A stretch of DNA of 60,620 bases, the filler included. It is 4 parts of 4 records of this genome, joined end to end, with 100 filler letters (N's around TTAATTAATTAA, not from the genome) between each part and the next. Parts side by side here need not be neighbours in the genome. Positions count along the whole stretch, not along the records: positions 50,178 to 60,620 come from SRR31156797_13334; 3 more parts are not named here. One strand, given 5' to 3'. Below are positions 50,379-60,620 of this stretch, one piece after another; position 1 is the first letter of the stretch, and each line of letters begins with the position of its first letter. The position numbers were made by a program, and so were the translations under genes. A model generated the notes under the pieces. That model ran no database searches. It was given only the letters and a program-made list of their open reading frames with translations, and was not told where the DNA came from.

Positions 50379-51213
50379 AAGAAATTGTTTTTAGTTAGTA
50401 AATAATCAAGTTTGATTTGTTTTAAGTTAAAAATTTATTTTTTGCTATTCGCGATACAAAATAAGATTCCCGGAATTAGCTAAGGGGGAATCAAATTTAC
50501 TTTAGATTGTTGTTTCATTTTCATGGATTTTGTTCACGAAATTCGTTCATTAATTTTGGTGATGATTTTGAATGGAAAAATTTGGTCGTTTTCCTACAAG
50601 TCCCTTTTCATACAGGTTCGGTGAGAAAATGTTGAGAATGTTTTAAAAGCAGATACATGAAAATTATGTGACAGGCATTGTAAGACCGGAAACAAATTGG
50701 GTAAATGTGTATCTCTCTCAATGTTAAGGAGTAAGCTTTTAATCATGTATGATTTGATTTAGTACTTGCAATGCAAAAATAAAACAATTGTAATATTTTG
50801 ACATTTTTTTTGCATTTTTTTTTCAAGAGCTTCATAAAAGGGCATTTACAACTCAAAACATTGATTTTGGATGATTTGCCAAATTCCTTACCAATGGTTT
50901 ATTGAATACGCCCTTTTTCTTCTCCTTTTTTTAAACGAGCAATGCTCCTGAAAAATACTACTTGTTGTTAATCAATGATTTAACATCCTGAACGATGCTT
51001 TAATAAAAGCAAAGGTCGCTAATTTCAATTTCATAACCAACACAGTCAAAGTTAAAATCATCAATTATCTGGCTTTTCAGGCATTTGACCCGGATGCCAC
51101 CAAAACTTAAATTCCTGATTTAAAGTTGTCATTTAATCCTTCCCTGTTACTAAAAATTCAGTTCATGTTTCCATGTTTATGCGTTAATTTGCGGCCTGTT
51201 TAAAACCCCTTTT

Positions 51214-52128
51214 ATGAAAAATCAAATCAGGGTATTTATTTCACGTCTTGAAAGCACAGGTATTTTACCCTGGGTAATGTTTTCTGTCCTGGTTCTGATA
51301 TGGGGGAGTTCATTTATTTTAATCAAACGGGGTCTTGAGGTGTATTCCAGTTTGGAAGTAGGTGCCATAAGAATTGTTATCTCCTTTCTGATTTTGCTAC
51401 CTTTTGCATTAAAACGCCTTTACCGGATACCTCGTAAAAAGATCATCACCATTGCCCTAATTGGCCTGATTGGTACAGGATTTCCTGCTTTTCTTTTTGC
51501 AAAGGCCCAAACCCATATCGATAGTTCGCTTGCCGGTATCCTTAACTCTCTTACCCCATTATTTACGCTGTTACTGGGATTGATTTTCTTCAGCCAAAAA
51601 ACACGCTTCATTAATGTTACCGGCGTTTTTCTTGGTTTGATTGGCGCTGTTGGTTTGATCTACTCCACCAGCAATGGTTCGTTTGAATTTCATTTTTCAT
51701 ATGCCATTTATGCCATTATCGCTACGGTGTTGTACGCCATTCAATCAAACATGATAAAATATTATCTGAATGAGGTGCCATCGCTCACAATTGCATCACT
51801 GGGATTTTTTTTCATTGGCATTCCATCCGTATTTTTGCTTTTTTTCTTTACTGATTTTACTCACTTGGTAGTTAACCATCCCAAAGGCCTGACAGCTTTT
51901 TTATACGTTGCATTACTCGGCTTTTTGGCATCTGCAATTGCCATTATTATTTACAATAAGCTGGTGCAGATAACAAACGCAGTGTTTGCGACCTCGGTAA
52001 CGTATTTTGTACCGGTGTTGGCTTTGATTTGGGGCATTGCCGATGGTGAAAGGTATTCTTTGGTGGCATTTTTATTTGCCGTTGTTATCCTCCTGGGCGT
52101 GCTTTTGGTAAACAGACCGGCGAAATAA
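51214..52128 (+). CDS. DMT/EamA family transporter
   Basis: IWGSSFILIK, AGILNSLTPLFT and about 10 TM segments. Confidence 0.9.
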   Translation: MKNQIRVFISRLESTGILPWVMFSVLVLIWGSSFILIKRGLEVYSSLEVGAIRIVISFLILLPFALKRLYRIPRKKIITIALIGLIGTGFPAFLFAKAQTHIDSSLAGILNSLTPLFTLLLGLIFFSQKTRFINVTGVFLGLIGAVGLIYSTSNGSFEFHFSYAIYAIIATVLYAIQSNMIKYYLNEVPSLTIASLGFFFIGIPSVFLLFFFTDFTHLVVNHPKGLTAFLYVALLGFLASAIAIIIYNKLVQITNAVFATSVTYFVPVLALIWGIADGERYSLVAFLFAVVILLGVLLVNRPAK

Positions 52129-52194
52129 AGAATACTAATGATATGGTTTTGAAATTCGTAACCCATGATCTTATCAAAAAAACCTTTAAAACAA

Positions 52195-52224
52195 TTTGTT
52201 AGTTAGAAATATTTTATACTTTTG
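52195..52224 (+). promoter_or_regulatory. Bacteroidota housekeeping promoter for rplU-rpmA
   Basis: TTTG-18 bp-TACTTTTG (TAnnTTTG consensus). Confidence 0.7.
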
Positions 52225-52266
52225 CACTCCTTTTTTCAAAACAGGTTTATCAATTCATAATTAGAA

Positions 52267-52584
52267 ATGTACGCAATAGTAGACATAGCAGGACAGCAGT
52301 TTAAAGTTGAGAAAGACAAAGAAGTTTTTGTTCACCGCCTGGAAGGTAATGAAGGCGATACTGTTGATTTCGAAAAGGTAATGCTCATCGAGGACGGAGA
52401 TGCAATCAATGTTGGAAAACCTTTCGTTGACGGAGCAAAAGTTTCAGCTACCATTTTATCACATATTAAAGGTGATAAAGTAACGGTTTTTAAGAAAAAA
52501 CGCAGAAAAGGTTACCAGGTAGAAAACGGCCACCGCCAGCAATTCAGCAAACTGAAGATTGAAGGCATTACGGCAGGCGCATAA
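52267..52584 (+). CDS. rplU: 50S ribosomal protein L21
   Basis: MYAIVDIAGQQFKV and FKKKRRKGY..NGHRQ. Confidence 0.98.
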   Translation: MYAIVDIAGQQFKVEKDKEVFVHRLEGNEGDTVDFEKVMLIEDGDAINVGKPFVDGAKVSATILSHIKGDKVTVFKKKRRKGYQVENGHRQQFSKLKIEGITAGA

Positions 52585-52614
52585 TTTTATCGAAACATTT
52601 AAAAATTAAATATT

Positions 52615-52893
52615 ATGGCACATAAAAAAGGTGCAGGTAGTTCAAACAACGGCCGTGAATCCCACAGTAAACGACTGGGCGTAAAAATTTACGGAGGCCA
52701 AAATGTAAGAGCTGGTAATATTGTTGTCAGGCAACGTGGAACTGCCCATAATCCAGGATTAAATGTTGGGATGGGTAAAGATCACACACTGTTTGCCCTT
52801 GTTGATGGCACAGTTGAATTTCGCAGAAAAAAAGACAACAAATCATATGTGAGTATCATTCCAGCCAGTGAAGAAACACCTGCTGCAAACTAA
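52615..52893 (+). CDS. rpmA: 50S ribosomal protein L27
   Basis: [24 protein letters not shown]. Confidence 0.98.
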   Translation: MAHKKGAGSSNNGRESHSKRLGVKIYGGQNVRAGNIVVRQRGTAHNPGLNVGMGKDHTLFALVDGTVEFRRKKDNKSYVSIIPASEETPAAN

Positions 52894-52914
52894 AGACTTT
52901 CCGCATGGAAATTG

Positions 52915-52952
52915 AAATCTCCTGTTTTGGTTGAAAGCAGGAGATTTTTTTT
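52915..52952 (+). terminator. intrinsic terminator after rpmA
   Basis: AAATCTCCTG...CAGGAGATTT followed by a T run. Confidence 0.75.
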
Positions 52953-52978
52953 GTTAATACCATTACATAAAATTCATT

Positions 52979-54244
52979 ATGCTTCAGATAAATACCATCC
53001 GTCAAAATCCGGGTCACATTATTGAGCGGTTGAAAATCAAAAATATGGATGCATCCGCGCTGGTGGATGAAATCATCAACCTGGATGAAAAACGGCGCGA
53101 TTTGCAAAAACAACTTGACGAAACGCTAGCTGAATCCAATAAAATTGCCAAATCCATCGGGCAACTTTACAAAACCGGCAAAGCCGATGAAGCCGCACAA
53201 ATGAAAGCACGTTCAGCCAAACTCAAGGAAGAATCAAAAGCCATGGGTGGTGAACTGGATGAGGTTACTACAAAACTCAACGAAACATTGGTGCAGTTAC
53301 CGAACATTCCACATGAAAGTGTGCCTGCCGGTAAATCGGAAGAAGATAATGAAGTTATTGCCAGTGAAGGAGACATTCCGGAGAAAAAGGAATTGCCCCA
53401 CTGGGACCTGATCAAAAAATACGATATCATCGATTTTGAATTGGGAAACAAAGTTACCGGGGCAGGATTCCCGTTTTACAAGGGAAAAGGCGCCAGACTG
53501 CAGCGCGCACTGATCAACTTTTTTCTGGATGAAGCCATAGCAGCCGGTTACCTTGAATTCCAGCCACCACTGCTGGTAAACGAGGATTCAGCTTACGGAA
53601 CCGGTCAACTTCCTGATAAAGACGGCCAGATGTATGCCGCCCCTGAAGATAAGCTTTACCTCATTCCTACTGCTGAGGTTCCGATTACCAATATTTACCG
53701 CAACACAATGCTCAAAGAAACGGATATGCCCATCAGGAATGTTGCATATTCTAACTGTTTTCGTCGTGAGGCCGGATCGTGGGGAGCCCATGTTCGTGGC
53801 CTGAACCGCCTGCATCAGTTCGACAAGGTGGAGATCGTTCAAATTCGTAAGCCTGAAGAATCATACGATGCACTTGAAGAGATGCGCGCATATGTTTCAA
53901 CTTTATTGCGCAAACTGGAGCTGCCTTTCAGAATATTAAGACTTTGTGGTGGCGATCTGAGTTTTACCTCAGCCCTCACCTACGATTTTGAAGTCTTCTC
54001 AGGTGCCCAGGAACGCTGGCTGGAGGTGAGCTCAGTTTCAAATTTCGAAAATTATCAGTCGAACCGCATGAAGCTTCGCTTTAAAAATAAAGATGGCAAA
54101 AACGAACTGGCGCATACACTCAACGGTAGCGCACTGGCGCTACCGAGGATTGTAGCCGCACTGCTCGAAAACAACCAGACTCCTGATGGGATTAAGATTC
54201 CTGAATTACTTGTTCCCTACACAGGTTTTGATACAATTGACTAA
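52979..54244 (+). CDS. serS: serine--tRNA ligase
   Basis: LIPTAEVP, FRREAG, RLHQFDKVE, EVSSVSN and HTLNGSALA motifs. Confidence 0.98.
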   Translation: MLQINTIRQNPGHIIERLKIKNMDASALVDEIINLDEKRRDLQKQLDETLAESNKIAKSIGQLYKTGKADEAAQMKARSAKLKEESKAMGGELDEVTTKLNETLVQLPNIPHESVPAGKSEEDNEVIASEGDIPEKKELPHWDLIKKYDIIDFELGNKVTGAGFPFYKGKGARLQRALINFFLDEAIAAGYLEFQPPLLVNEDSAYGTGQLPDKDGQMYAAPEDKLYLIPTAEVPITNIYRNTMLKETDMPIRNVAYSNCFRREAGSWGAHVRGLNRLHQFDKVEIVQIRKPEESYDALEEMRAYVSTLLRKLELPFRILRLCGGDLSFTSALTYDFEVFSGAQERWLEVSSVSNFENYQSNRMKLRFKNKDGKNELAHTLNGSALALPRIVAALLENNQTPDGIKIPELLVPYTGFDTID

Positions 54245-54264
54245 GATAAAATTACATGGTGGCT

Positions 54265-54300
54265 AAGCCCTGGCTAAGCTAATGCTGGTCAGGGTTTTTT
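54265..54300 (+). terminator. intrinsic terminator after serS
   Basis: AAGCCCTGGCTA...TGGTCAGGGTTTTTT. Confidence 0.65.
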
Positions 54301-54381
54301 AATAATTTTTAGCGCCTTATCTTCCACCTGTACATAATATTTATGTTGCTTTGTTGGTTTATTACCCGAAAAATGCACACA

Positions 54382-56250
54382 ATGAGATATTTCATTCCAC
54401 TGATATTTATATTTTCAATTTTGCTTTCACCTAGCCTGATGGCGCAGGATGTGCCAGCTTTTCCCAGGGCCGAAACAGCAAAATCGAAGGTGGAGAAACC
54501 CGATAACGAAAAACTGGCATCAGAATATTTCAGGAATAAGGAATATGAAAAAGCACTCGTACTTTACGAACAGCTTTTTGAAGAAAAACAAACCCGGTTT
54601 TTCTATACCTATTATATCTATTGCCTCATCGAACTGGGTGATTATAAAAAAGCCTACAAGGTGGTGAGAAAACAACAGCGCGTGAGTCCTGAAACATTGC
54701 GCTATATTGTGGATGAAGGATTTTTATATTCCCTCGATGGAAATCAACAAAAAGCTGAAAAACTATTTGACGAAGCCCTTGATAAACTAACGGCAAACCG
54801 AAGCCAGATTAGTGACCTGGCCAATGCATACAACTATCGTGGACAAACCGATTATGCCATCAGAACCTACCTGAAAGGCCGGGACCTCATTGCAGATTAT
54901 GCTTTTAATCTGGAGCTGGCGCGGATTTATGACCGGTTGGAAAATTATGATGAGATGGTTAATGAATACCTGGATCTTATTGATAGCGATTTGAGCAGGA
55001 CCAAATACGTTCGTGGGAGGCTGCAATCGGCACTTGAGGACGATGATGAAGGTTTGGTTGCTGAAGCAATCAGAACAGAATTATTGCGCCGTGTTCAGAA
55101 AAATCCGGATAAGATTTACTTTTCCGAAATGCTGATCTGGTATTCCATCCAGCAAAAAGATTTCGAGATGGCCCTCTTGCAAAGCAAATCCCTTGATCGC
55201 AGATTTAACGAAAGTGGTAACCGTATCATTGAGCTGGCAAACATTTGCCTCTCAAACCAGGCTTACGATGAAGCGGTTGATGCATTTGAATATGTAATTT
55301 CCAAGGGTGAGTCAGAACCCTTTTACCTGGATGCACGCATCGGCCTGCTAAATGCGCGATACTTAAAAGTAACCAACAGTTTCGACTACACTAATGAAGA
55401 CCTCACAGCACTGGAAACGGAATATCATAAGGCACTGGATGAATTTGGCGAAAATTCGTCAACAGTTCCCATCATGAAATACCTGGCGCATTTACAGGCT
55501 TTTTATCTGGATAAAATTGACGAATCCATCCAACTACTGAACAAAGCTGTGGATATGCCCAATGTTAGCCCGCAATTGATTGCTGAATGCAAAATTGAAC
55601 TGGCAGATATCTTACTTTTTTCTGGCGAACAATGGGATGCTACACTTTTATATTCCCAGGTTGATCTTGATTTTAAAAACGACCCGATAGGCCACACGGC
55701 CAAATACAAAAATGCAAAATTATCCTATTACATTGGCGAATTTAGCTGGGCCAAAGCACAACTCGATGTTTTGAAAGCGGCAACATCCAAACTCATTGCC
55801 AACGATGCGATGAATCTTGCCCTGCTGATCAGCGATAACATTGATATGGACAGCTCTTACACCGCATTGCGTTATTTCTCTAAAGCCGACCTTTTGATGT
55901 ATCGCAATAAATACGATGAGGCATTATCGACCCTGGATTCAATTCAGATGGTCGCATTGTGGCATCCGCTTCACGATGAGGTGCTTTTCCGCAAGGGAGA
56001 AATCATGATGGAGCTGGGTAATTTTGAAGTTGCAGACAGTTTGTACAAACAGGTTTCGGAGATGTACCCGGATGATATTCTTGCCGATAATGCACTGATG
56101 CAGCGGGCAGAATTGTATGATTTTGTGTTTAACGATCCGGATACAGCCATGACCATATACCAGCAATTGATGCTCGATTATCCGGGCAGTTTATTTGTGG
56201 TGGAAGCCCGGAAACGGTTCAGGGAACTTCGTGGGGATGAGTTGAACTAA
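54382..56250 (+). CDS. exported tetratricopeptide-repeat protein
   Basis: Signal peptide, many TPR-like helix pairs and a YPGSLFVVEARKRFRELRGD end. Confidence 0.85.
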   Translation: MRYFIPLIFIFSILLSPSLMAQDVPAFPRAETAKSKVEKPDNEKLASEYFRNKEYEKALVLYEQLFEEKQTRFFYTYYIYCLIELGDYKKAYKVVRKQQRVSPETLRYIVDEGFLYSLDGNQQKAEKLFDEALDKLTANRSQISDLANAYNYRGQTDYAIRTYLKGRDLIADYAFNLELARIYDRLENYDEMVNEYLDLIDSDLSRTKYVRGRLQSALEDDDEGLVAEAIRTELLRRVQKNPDKIYFSEMLIWYSIQQKDFEMALLQSKSLDRRFNESGNRIIELANICLSNQAYDEAVDAFEYVISKGESEPFYLDARIGLLNARYLKVTNSFDYTNEDLTALETEYHKALDEFGENSSTVPIMKYLAHLQAFYLDKIDESIQLLNKAVDMPNVSPQLIAECKIELADILLFSGEQWDATLLYSQVDLDFKNDPIGHTAKYKNAKLSYYIGEFSWAKAQLDVLKAATSKLIANDAMNLALLISDNIDMDSSYTALRYFSKADLLMYRNKYDEALSTLDSIQMVALWHPLHDEVLFRKGEIMMELGNFEVADSLYKQVSEMYPDDILADNALMQRAELYDFVFNDPDTAMTIYQQLMLDYPGSLFVVEARKRFRELRGDELN

Positions 56251-56416
56251 TAAAACTATTCCCTCCTCAATTTGAATAAATGCATCTTTTTTTTTGATAA
56301 TGAGTTTGTTACAAGTTTCCGTTATCCGTTAGTAGTAATTTTTCTAAATTCATTTTCAAATCAAATTTCCATAATCACCTTTTTTCGATTTACAAATAAC
56401 AATAAACTCACAAACA

Positions 56417-57175
56417 GTGAGCGTAAAACCAAAAAAGCATCTCGGCCAGCATTTTCTCACCGACGAAAACATCGCCAGGAAAATTGTTGATAGCCTGACA
56501 AACACCAATCATGTTTTGGAAATTGGTGCCGGGACAGGCGTTTTAACCAAATACCTGATCAAATCTGTTGAAAATCTTAAAATCATTGAAGTTGACCAGG
56601 AATCTGTAGATTTTCTAAACCAAACGTTTCCGGAAATCCAATCAAATATTATTGAATCTGATTTTTTGAAACATGACCTGAACGCGTTTTTTGACCAGGA
56701 ATTTACAATCATCGGGAACTTCCCCTACAATATTTCCAGCCAGATATTTTTCAGAATTATCCAACACAGGCAATTCATCCCCGAAACTGTAGGTATGATC
56801 CAAAAAGAAGTTGCCGAACGCCTGGCTGCGCCTCCCGGAAATAAAACCTATGGTATCCTGACGGTCATCCTCGGTGCTTTTTATGAAATTGAATACTTGT
56901 TTACCGTCAGCGAAAATGTTTTTAATCCACCACCAAAAGTAAAATCTGCAGTTGTGCGCCTGAAAAGAAAATCGAATTTTGAACTGGAATGTGACGAAAG
57001 GCTTTTTATGCGGGTGGTGAAAACCGCATTTAACCAACGCCGGAAAACCCTCCGGAATTCACTAAAGAGCCTGCTGAAACCCGACACCGACAAATCGGCT
57101 GAAATTTTTTCAAAGCGCCCTGAACAACTACATTTTTTGGAGTTTGTAAAACTGACCAACCTACTCACAGATTAA
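56417..57175 (+). CDS. rsmA: 16S rRNA dimethyladenosine transferase
   Basis: KKHLGQHFL, LEIGAGTG, GNFPYNISS and PPPKVKS motifs. Confidence 0.97.
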   Translation: MSVKPKKHLGQHFLTDENIARKIVDSLTNTNHVLEIGAGTGVLTKYLIKSVENLKIIEVDQESVDFLNQTFPEIQSNIIESDFLKHDLNAFFDQEFTIIGNFPYNISSQIFFRIIQHRQFIPETVGMIQKEVAERLAAPPGNKTYGILTVILGAFYEIEYLFTVSENVFNPPPKVKSAVVRLKRKSNFELECDERLFMRVVKTAFNQRRKTLRNSLKSLLKPDTDKSAEIFSKRPEQLHFLEFVKLTNLLTD

Positions 57176-57403
57176 TTCCATATTTCAATCAGCAAATTTC
57201 CATTCAACATTTCCTTTCAAAGATTTGGGAGAAGTTTACCACCAATCACTGATAACTTACTAAATCATAATGCTTAGCAGGATACTTTCAAAAATTTTAT
57301 TTGCTGTTAAAAAAGACAAAATGCTATATTTAGGTAAACAATTACCGGATTGTCTCGTTGTTCAGAACGAATCTAAATTAATAATCAAAAATCACATCTA
57401 GTT

Positions 57404-58045
57404 ATGTTAAACACAGCAGTAAAAGATTTACAATTCCCCAAACTTCCATACACATACGATGCTCTTGAGCCATACATCGACGCTCAAACTATGGAGTTGC
57501 ACTATACAAAGCACCACAAAGGATACTACGATAAATTTATGGCAGCCATGAAAGGAACTAACTTTGAAGAAATGGGTTTCTCAGAGTTGCTAAACCAAAT
57601 TTCTAAGGCTCCTGTGGGAATTAGAAATAATGCAGGTGGTTTTTACAATCATGATTTGTTTTGGAAGGTTATGGGAAAAAGCCCGATAGCGGCCGAAGAG
57701 AGCAAAACACAAGGTGATCTCATGCAGGCCATTAAAAGTTCATTTGGTTCTTTGGATAATTTTAAAAAAGAGTTTAGTGATGCTGCAGCCACTCGTTTTG
57801 GTAGTGGATGGGCATGGTTGATTGTTGATGCAACCGGAAAGCTAAAAGTTACTTCTACGCCTAACCAGGACAATCCCATGATGGATGTTGCTGAAGAAAG
57901 AGGAATGCCCATACTTGGATTGGATGTTTGGGAACATGCCTACTATTTGAAATACCAGAACAGGCGCCCTGAATACATTAAAAATTGGTTTAATGTTGTA
58001 AATTGGGAAGAAGTAGCCAAAAACTTTAAAAATGTTAAATGGTAA
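57404..58045 (+). CDS. sodA: Fe/Mn superoxide dismutase with Mn-type signature
   Basis: HYTKHH, NNAGGFYNH, NQDNP and DVWEHAYY motifs. Confidence 0.9.
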   Translation: MLNTAVKDLQFPKLPYTYDALEPYIDAQTMELHYTKHHKGYYDKFMAAMKGTNFEEMGFSELLNQISKAPVGIRNNAGGFYNHDLFWKVMGKSPIAAEESKTQGDLMQAIKSSFGSLDNFKKEFSDAAATRFGSGWAWLIVDATGKLKVTSTPNQDNPMMDVAEERGMPILGLDVWEHAYYLKYQNRRPEYIKNWFNVVNWEEVAKNFKNVKW

Positions 58046-58154
58046 ACAAACGAATTATTATTCCGTTATCCTATTGAAGTACTTAATTATTAAATCGACA
58101 CTGATCGATTTGTGGTAAAGTAATTTTTTTTCATAGCTCACTAATTTGGTTAAT

Positions 58155-58196
58155 AGCAAATGGCCGTACCCGCCCGGGACGGCCTTTGCTGCTTTT
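58155..58196 (+). terminator. probable terminator between sodA and dnaE
   Basis: AGCAAA-GGCCGT-CCG...CGG-ACGGCC-TTTGCT imperfect hairpin between convergent genes. Confidence 0.55.
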
Positions 58197-58291
58197 AGGA
58201 GCCTGTTCTTTTGCAATTTAGCTTTAAGCCTCTATTAAATTTCTCTATTTACTTTACGCGGTTGGCCTAATGGTGTCCCCTGAGGTTCAAT

Positions 58292-60619
58292 TTACGCCTT
58301 ATTAATAATGAAATCTACCTCGGGCAATTGCTGAATAGCTTTAAGAAAATGGACCGGGTCTACCTTCACTTTATTAGCGTTCATATCGAGCTTGGTACCA
58401 TCCGAATCATGGATGTGAAAACTCAAATGACATTCGCCTTTGTGTTTTTGGGAAAGATCGAAAATTTCGTCAACCAACTCCGGTTGGAGATCTTCAACTG
58501 AAATTCGAAGCTTGATGTGTTTGGCTTGCCTTTCCAGGATTTCGGGCAGGAGTTTAATGTCAGAGATTTTAAATTCAAAATCCTCCTCTGAGCGAAACCT
58601 TGACCTGGCCGTACCTGAAATCAGCAGAAAAAAACCTTCGGTGAGAAAATTCTTGTACTTCAGGTAATCTTCCGAAAAGAGTCTAAGCTCAATTGTATCA
58701 TCAAAATCCTCGATGGTAAAAATTCCCCAGGGTTTATCGCCTTTTGTCATCCGGTGAGCGGTGGCAACCACCATACCGCCAAATGAAATCGGTTTTTTAG
58801 CAAAATCCTTTAGCCTGTCCTTAAAATCAGCAATCTTATGTGTGCTGAAGTTTTCAATTTCCAGCCGGAATTCATCCAACGGATGGCCGGAGATGTAAAA
58901 GCCGGTAACCTCCTTCTCGTTACGCAATTGCTCAATATTTGACCATGGTTTACATTCAGGCATGGGCGGATCATTAATCTCAACCTGTTCAGTATCGCCA
59001 AATAAGGACACCTGTTGCGAATTTTGCTCCTCCTGGTACCGGATGGCAAAGCGCATCAGTTTTTCGATAAATATCGAATCTTCTGAATTTTCCTGGTAGA
59101 AAAACTGTGCACGGTGGGTGTTATCAAAAGAATCGAATGCCCCGGCTCGTGCCAGCGCCTCAAAGCTTCGTTTGTTTACCACTTTCAGGTTTACGCGCTT
59201 GGCAAAATCAAAAACGCTCTGATAGTGCCCATTCTGATTCCGCTCTTCAATAATCGACTCCGCCACTGCACTTCCAAGGCCTTTGATTGCCGCCATACCA
59301 AAACGAATATTGCCGTTTTTGTTTACCATAAACCGCTGCTCCGATTCGTTCACATCAGGGCGGAGCACTTCAATACCCATGCGTTTGGTTTCTTCGATGA
59401 AGAAGGTGATCTTACTGATATCATTCAGGTTGCGACTCAGCACCGCAGCCATAAATTCAGCGGGATAATGCGCCTTGAGGAATGCCATGCGATACGAAAC
59501 ATAAGCATAGCAGGTAGAGTGCGATTTGTTAAAAGCATATTTGGCAAATTCGAGCCAGTCCTTCCATATTTTGGCCACCACCTCCTTTTTATGCCCACGT
59601 TCTTCGGCACCTTTATAAAACTTGGGTTCCAATTCATTTAGCAACGCCACTTTTTTCTTACCCATCGCCTTACGCAGGTTATCAGCCTGGCCACGTGTAA
59701 AGCCTGCAAGCTTCTGCGACAGCCGCATCACCTGCTCCTGGTAAACGGTAATCCCAAAAGTTTCCCTGAGATACTCTTCCATATCGGCGATGTCGTACTC
59801 TACTTTTTCCTTGCCGTGCTTACGTTTGATATAATTGGGGATATACTCCATCGGGCCCGGACGGTAGAGCGCGTTCATCGCGATCAAATCCTCAAACCGG
59901 TTGGGTTTGAGCTGACGCAAATTCTTCTTCATGCCGTCTGACTCAAACTGGAAAATACCGGTTGTATCTCCCCTGCTGTATAATTCATACGTCATTTTGT
60001 CGTCGTGGGGAATGTTTTCGATTTCAATTTCCACTCCTTTTGATTTCCGGATGTTTTCCACGGCATCCTTAATGATGGAGAGGGTTTTCAATCCCAGGAA
60101 ATCCATTTTGAGCATCCCGGCATCTTCGATGTGTGAACCGTCATATTGGGTAACCAGCAGGTCGGCATCTTTGGCGGTACTCAGTGGAATATGGTCGATC
60201 AGGCTGTCTTTACTGATTATGATGCCGCAGGCGTGTGTTCCTATGTTCCGGATTGTGCCCTCCATTTTTTCAGCACTGACGAGGGTATTTTTTACCAGCG
60301 GATCATTGGAGGATGTTTTTTCCTTCAACAGCTCCGGAGTTTCCTTGTAGGCCTCTTTAAAGTCGGTGCCCGGTTTTGTGGGGATGAGTTTCGCCAATCG
60401 GTTGGCCTCCGATAACGAAAGTTGCTTAACCCTGGCCACGTCACGAATGGCCATTTTAGGAGCCATTTTACCAAAGGTGATGATATGTGCTACCCGATCA
60501 TGGCCATATTTATCAACAACCCATTTCAGGATGCGATCGCGGCCATCTTCATCAAAATCGATATCGATATCAGGCAGAGATATCCTGTCGGGATTCAGGA
60601 AACGCTCAAACAGCAGGTC
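58292..60619 (-). CDS. dnaE: DNA polymerase III alpha subunit, 5' part outside the window
   Basis: Frame is open to the window edge: FERFLNPDRISLPDIDIDF, LKMDFLGL, YAFNKSH and an OB fold. Confidence 0.97.
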   Translation of the reverse strand, partial: DLLFERFLNPDRISLPDIDIDFDEDGRDRILKWVVDKYGHDRVAHIITFGKMAPKMAIRDVARVKQLSLSEANRLAKLIPTKPGTDFKEAYKETPELLKEKTSSNDPLVKNTLVSAEKMEGTIRNIGTHACGIIISKDSLIDHIPLSTAKDADLLVTQYDGSHIEDAGMLKMDFLGLKTLSIIKDAVENIRKSKGVEIEIENIPHDDKMTYELYSRGDTTGIFQFESDGMKKNLRQLKPNRFEDLIAMNALYRPGPMEYIPNYIKRKHGKEKVEYDIADMEEYLRETFGITVYQEQVMRLSQKLAGFTRGQADNLRKAMGKKKVALLNELEPKFYKGAEERGHKKEVVAKIWKDWLEFAKYAFNKSHSTCYAYVSYRMAFLKAHYPAEFMAAVLSRNLNDISKITFFIEETKRMGIEVLRPDVNESEQRFMVNKNGNIRFGMAAIKGLGSAVAESIIEERNQNGHYQSVFDFAKRVNLKVVNKRSFEALARAGAFDSFDNTHRAQFFYQENSEDSIFIEKLMRFAIRYQEEQNSQQVSLFGDTEQVEINDPPMPECKPWSNIEQLRNEKEVTGFYISGHPLDEFRLEIENFSTHKIADFKDRLKDFAKKPISFGGMVVATAHRMTKGDKPWGIFTIEDFDDTIELRLFSEDYLKYKNFLTEGFFLLISGTARSRFRSEEDFEFKISDIKLLPEILERQAKHIKLRISVEDLQPELVDEIFDLSQKHKGECHLSFHIHDSDGTKLDMNANKVKVDPVHFLKAIQQLPEVDFIINKA

Positions 60620-60620
60620 G

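Noticed and set aside
58292-60619. Intein in dnaE, or a true start at 60466
   Set aside because: The YAFNKSH region is uninterrupted and the frame stays open to the window edge, so the gene is only truncated.

Overview
The window is not one locus. It is four unrelated contigs joined by 100-nt N linkers, each carrying TTAATTAATTAA. (1) 1-19375 is a Vibrio-like core chromosome segment next to an rRNA operon promoter: yrdA, aroE, hemF, tsaC, purEK, LysM-dprA-smg-yrdD, def-fmt-rsmB-trkAH, hemolysin III, Spo0M-like, yihD, ccoG and the start of srkA. It also holds an unannotated transcription unit made of a promoter, a highly structured ~155-nt leader, a 55-aa ORF whose RBS and start are sequestered, and a terminator. 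(2) 19476-35243 is a GC-rich spirochaete segment. An ECF sigma/zinc anti-sigma pair sits divergent from a YnjBCD-like ABC + DedA + disulfide flavoprotein + CDP-alcohol phosphotransferase operon, followed by a MarR/ferredoxin pair, a TetR-MMPL-LolA-like-putative outer-membrane protein operon and flaB. (3) 35344-50077 is a probable alphaproteobacterial sugar-acid catabolic island: two RpiB paralogues, a beta-hydroxyacid dehydrogenase, an IlvD/Edd dehydratase, a LarA-like isomerase, an HpcH aldolase, a FadR-type regulator, a TAXI-TRAP transporter, AraC, a GH4 alpha-galacturonidase and TogMNA. (4) 50178-60620 is a Bacteroidota segment: DMT transporter, rplU, rpmA, serS, TPR protein, rsmA, sodA and partial dnaE. 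I saw no CRISPR, tRNA, mature rRNA or mobile element. Taxon and product calls come from recognising motifs by eye; no database search was run.
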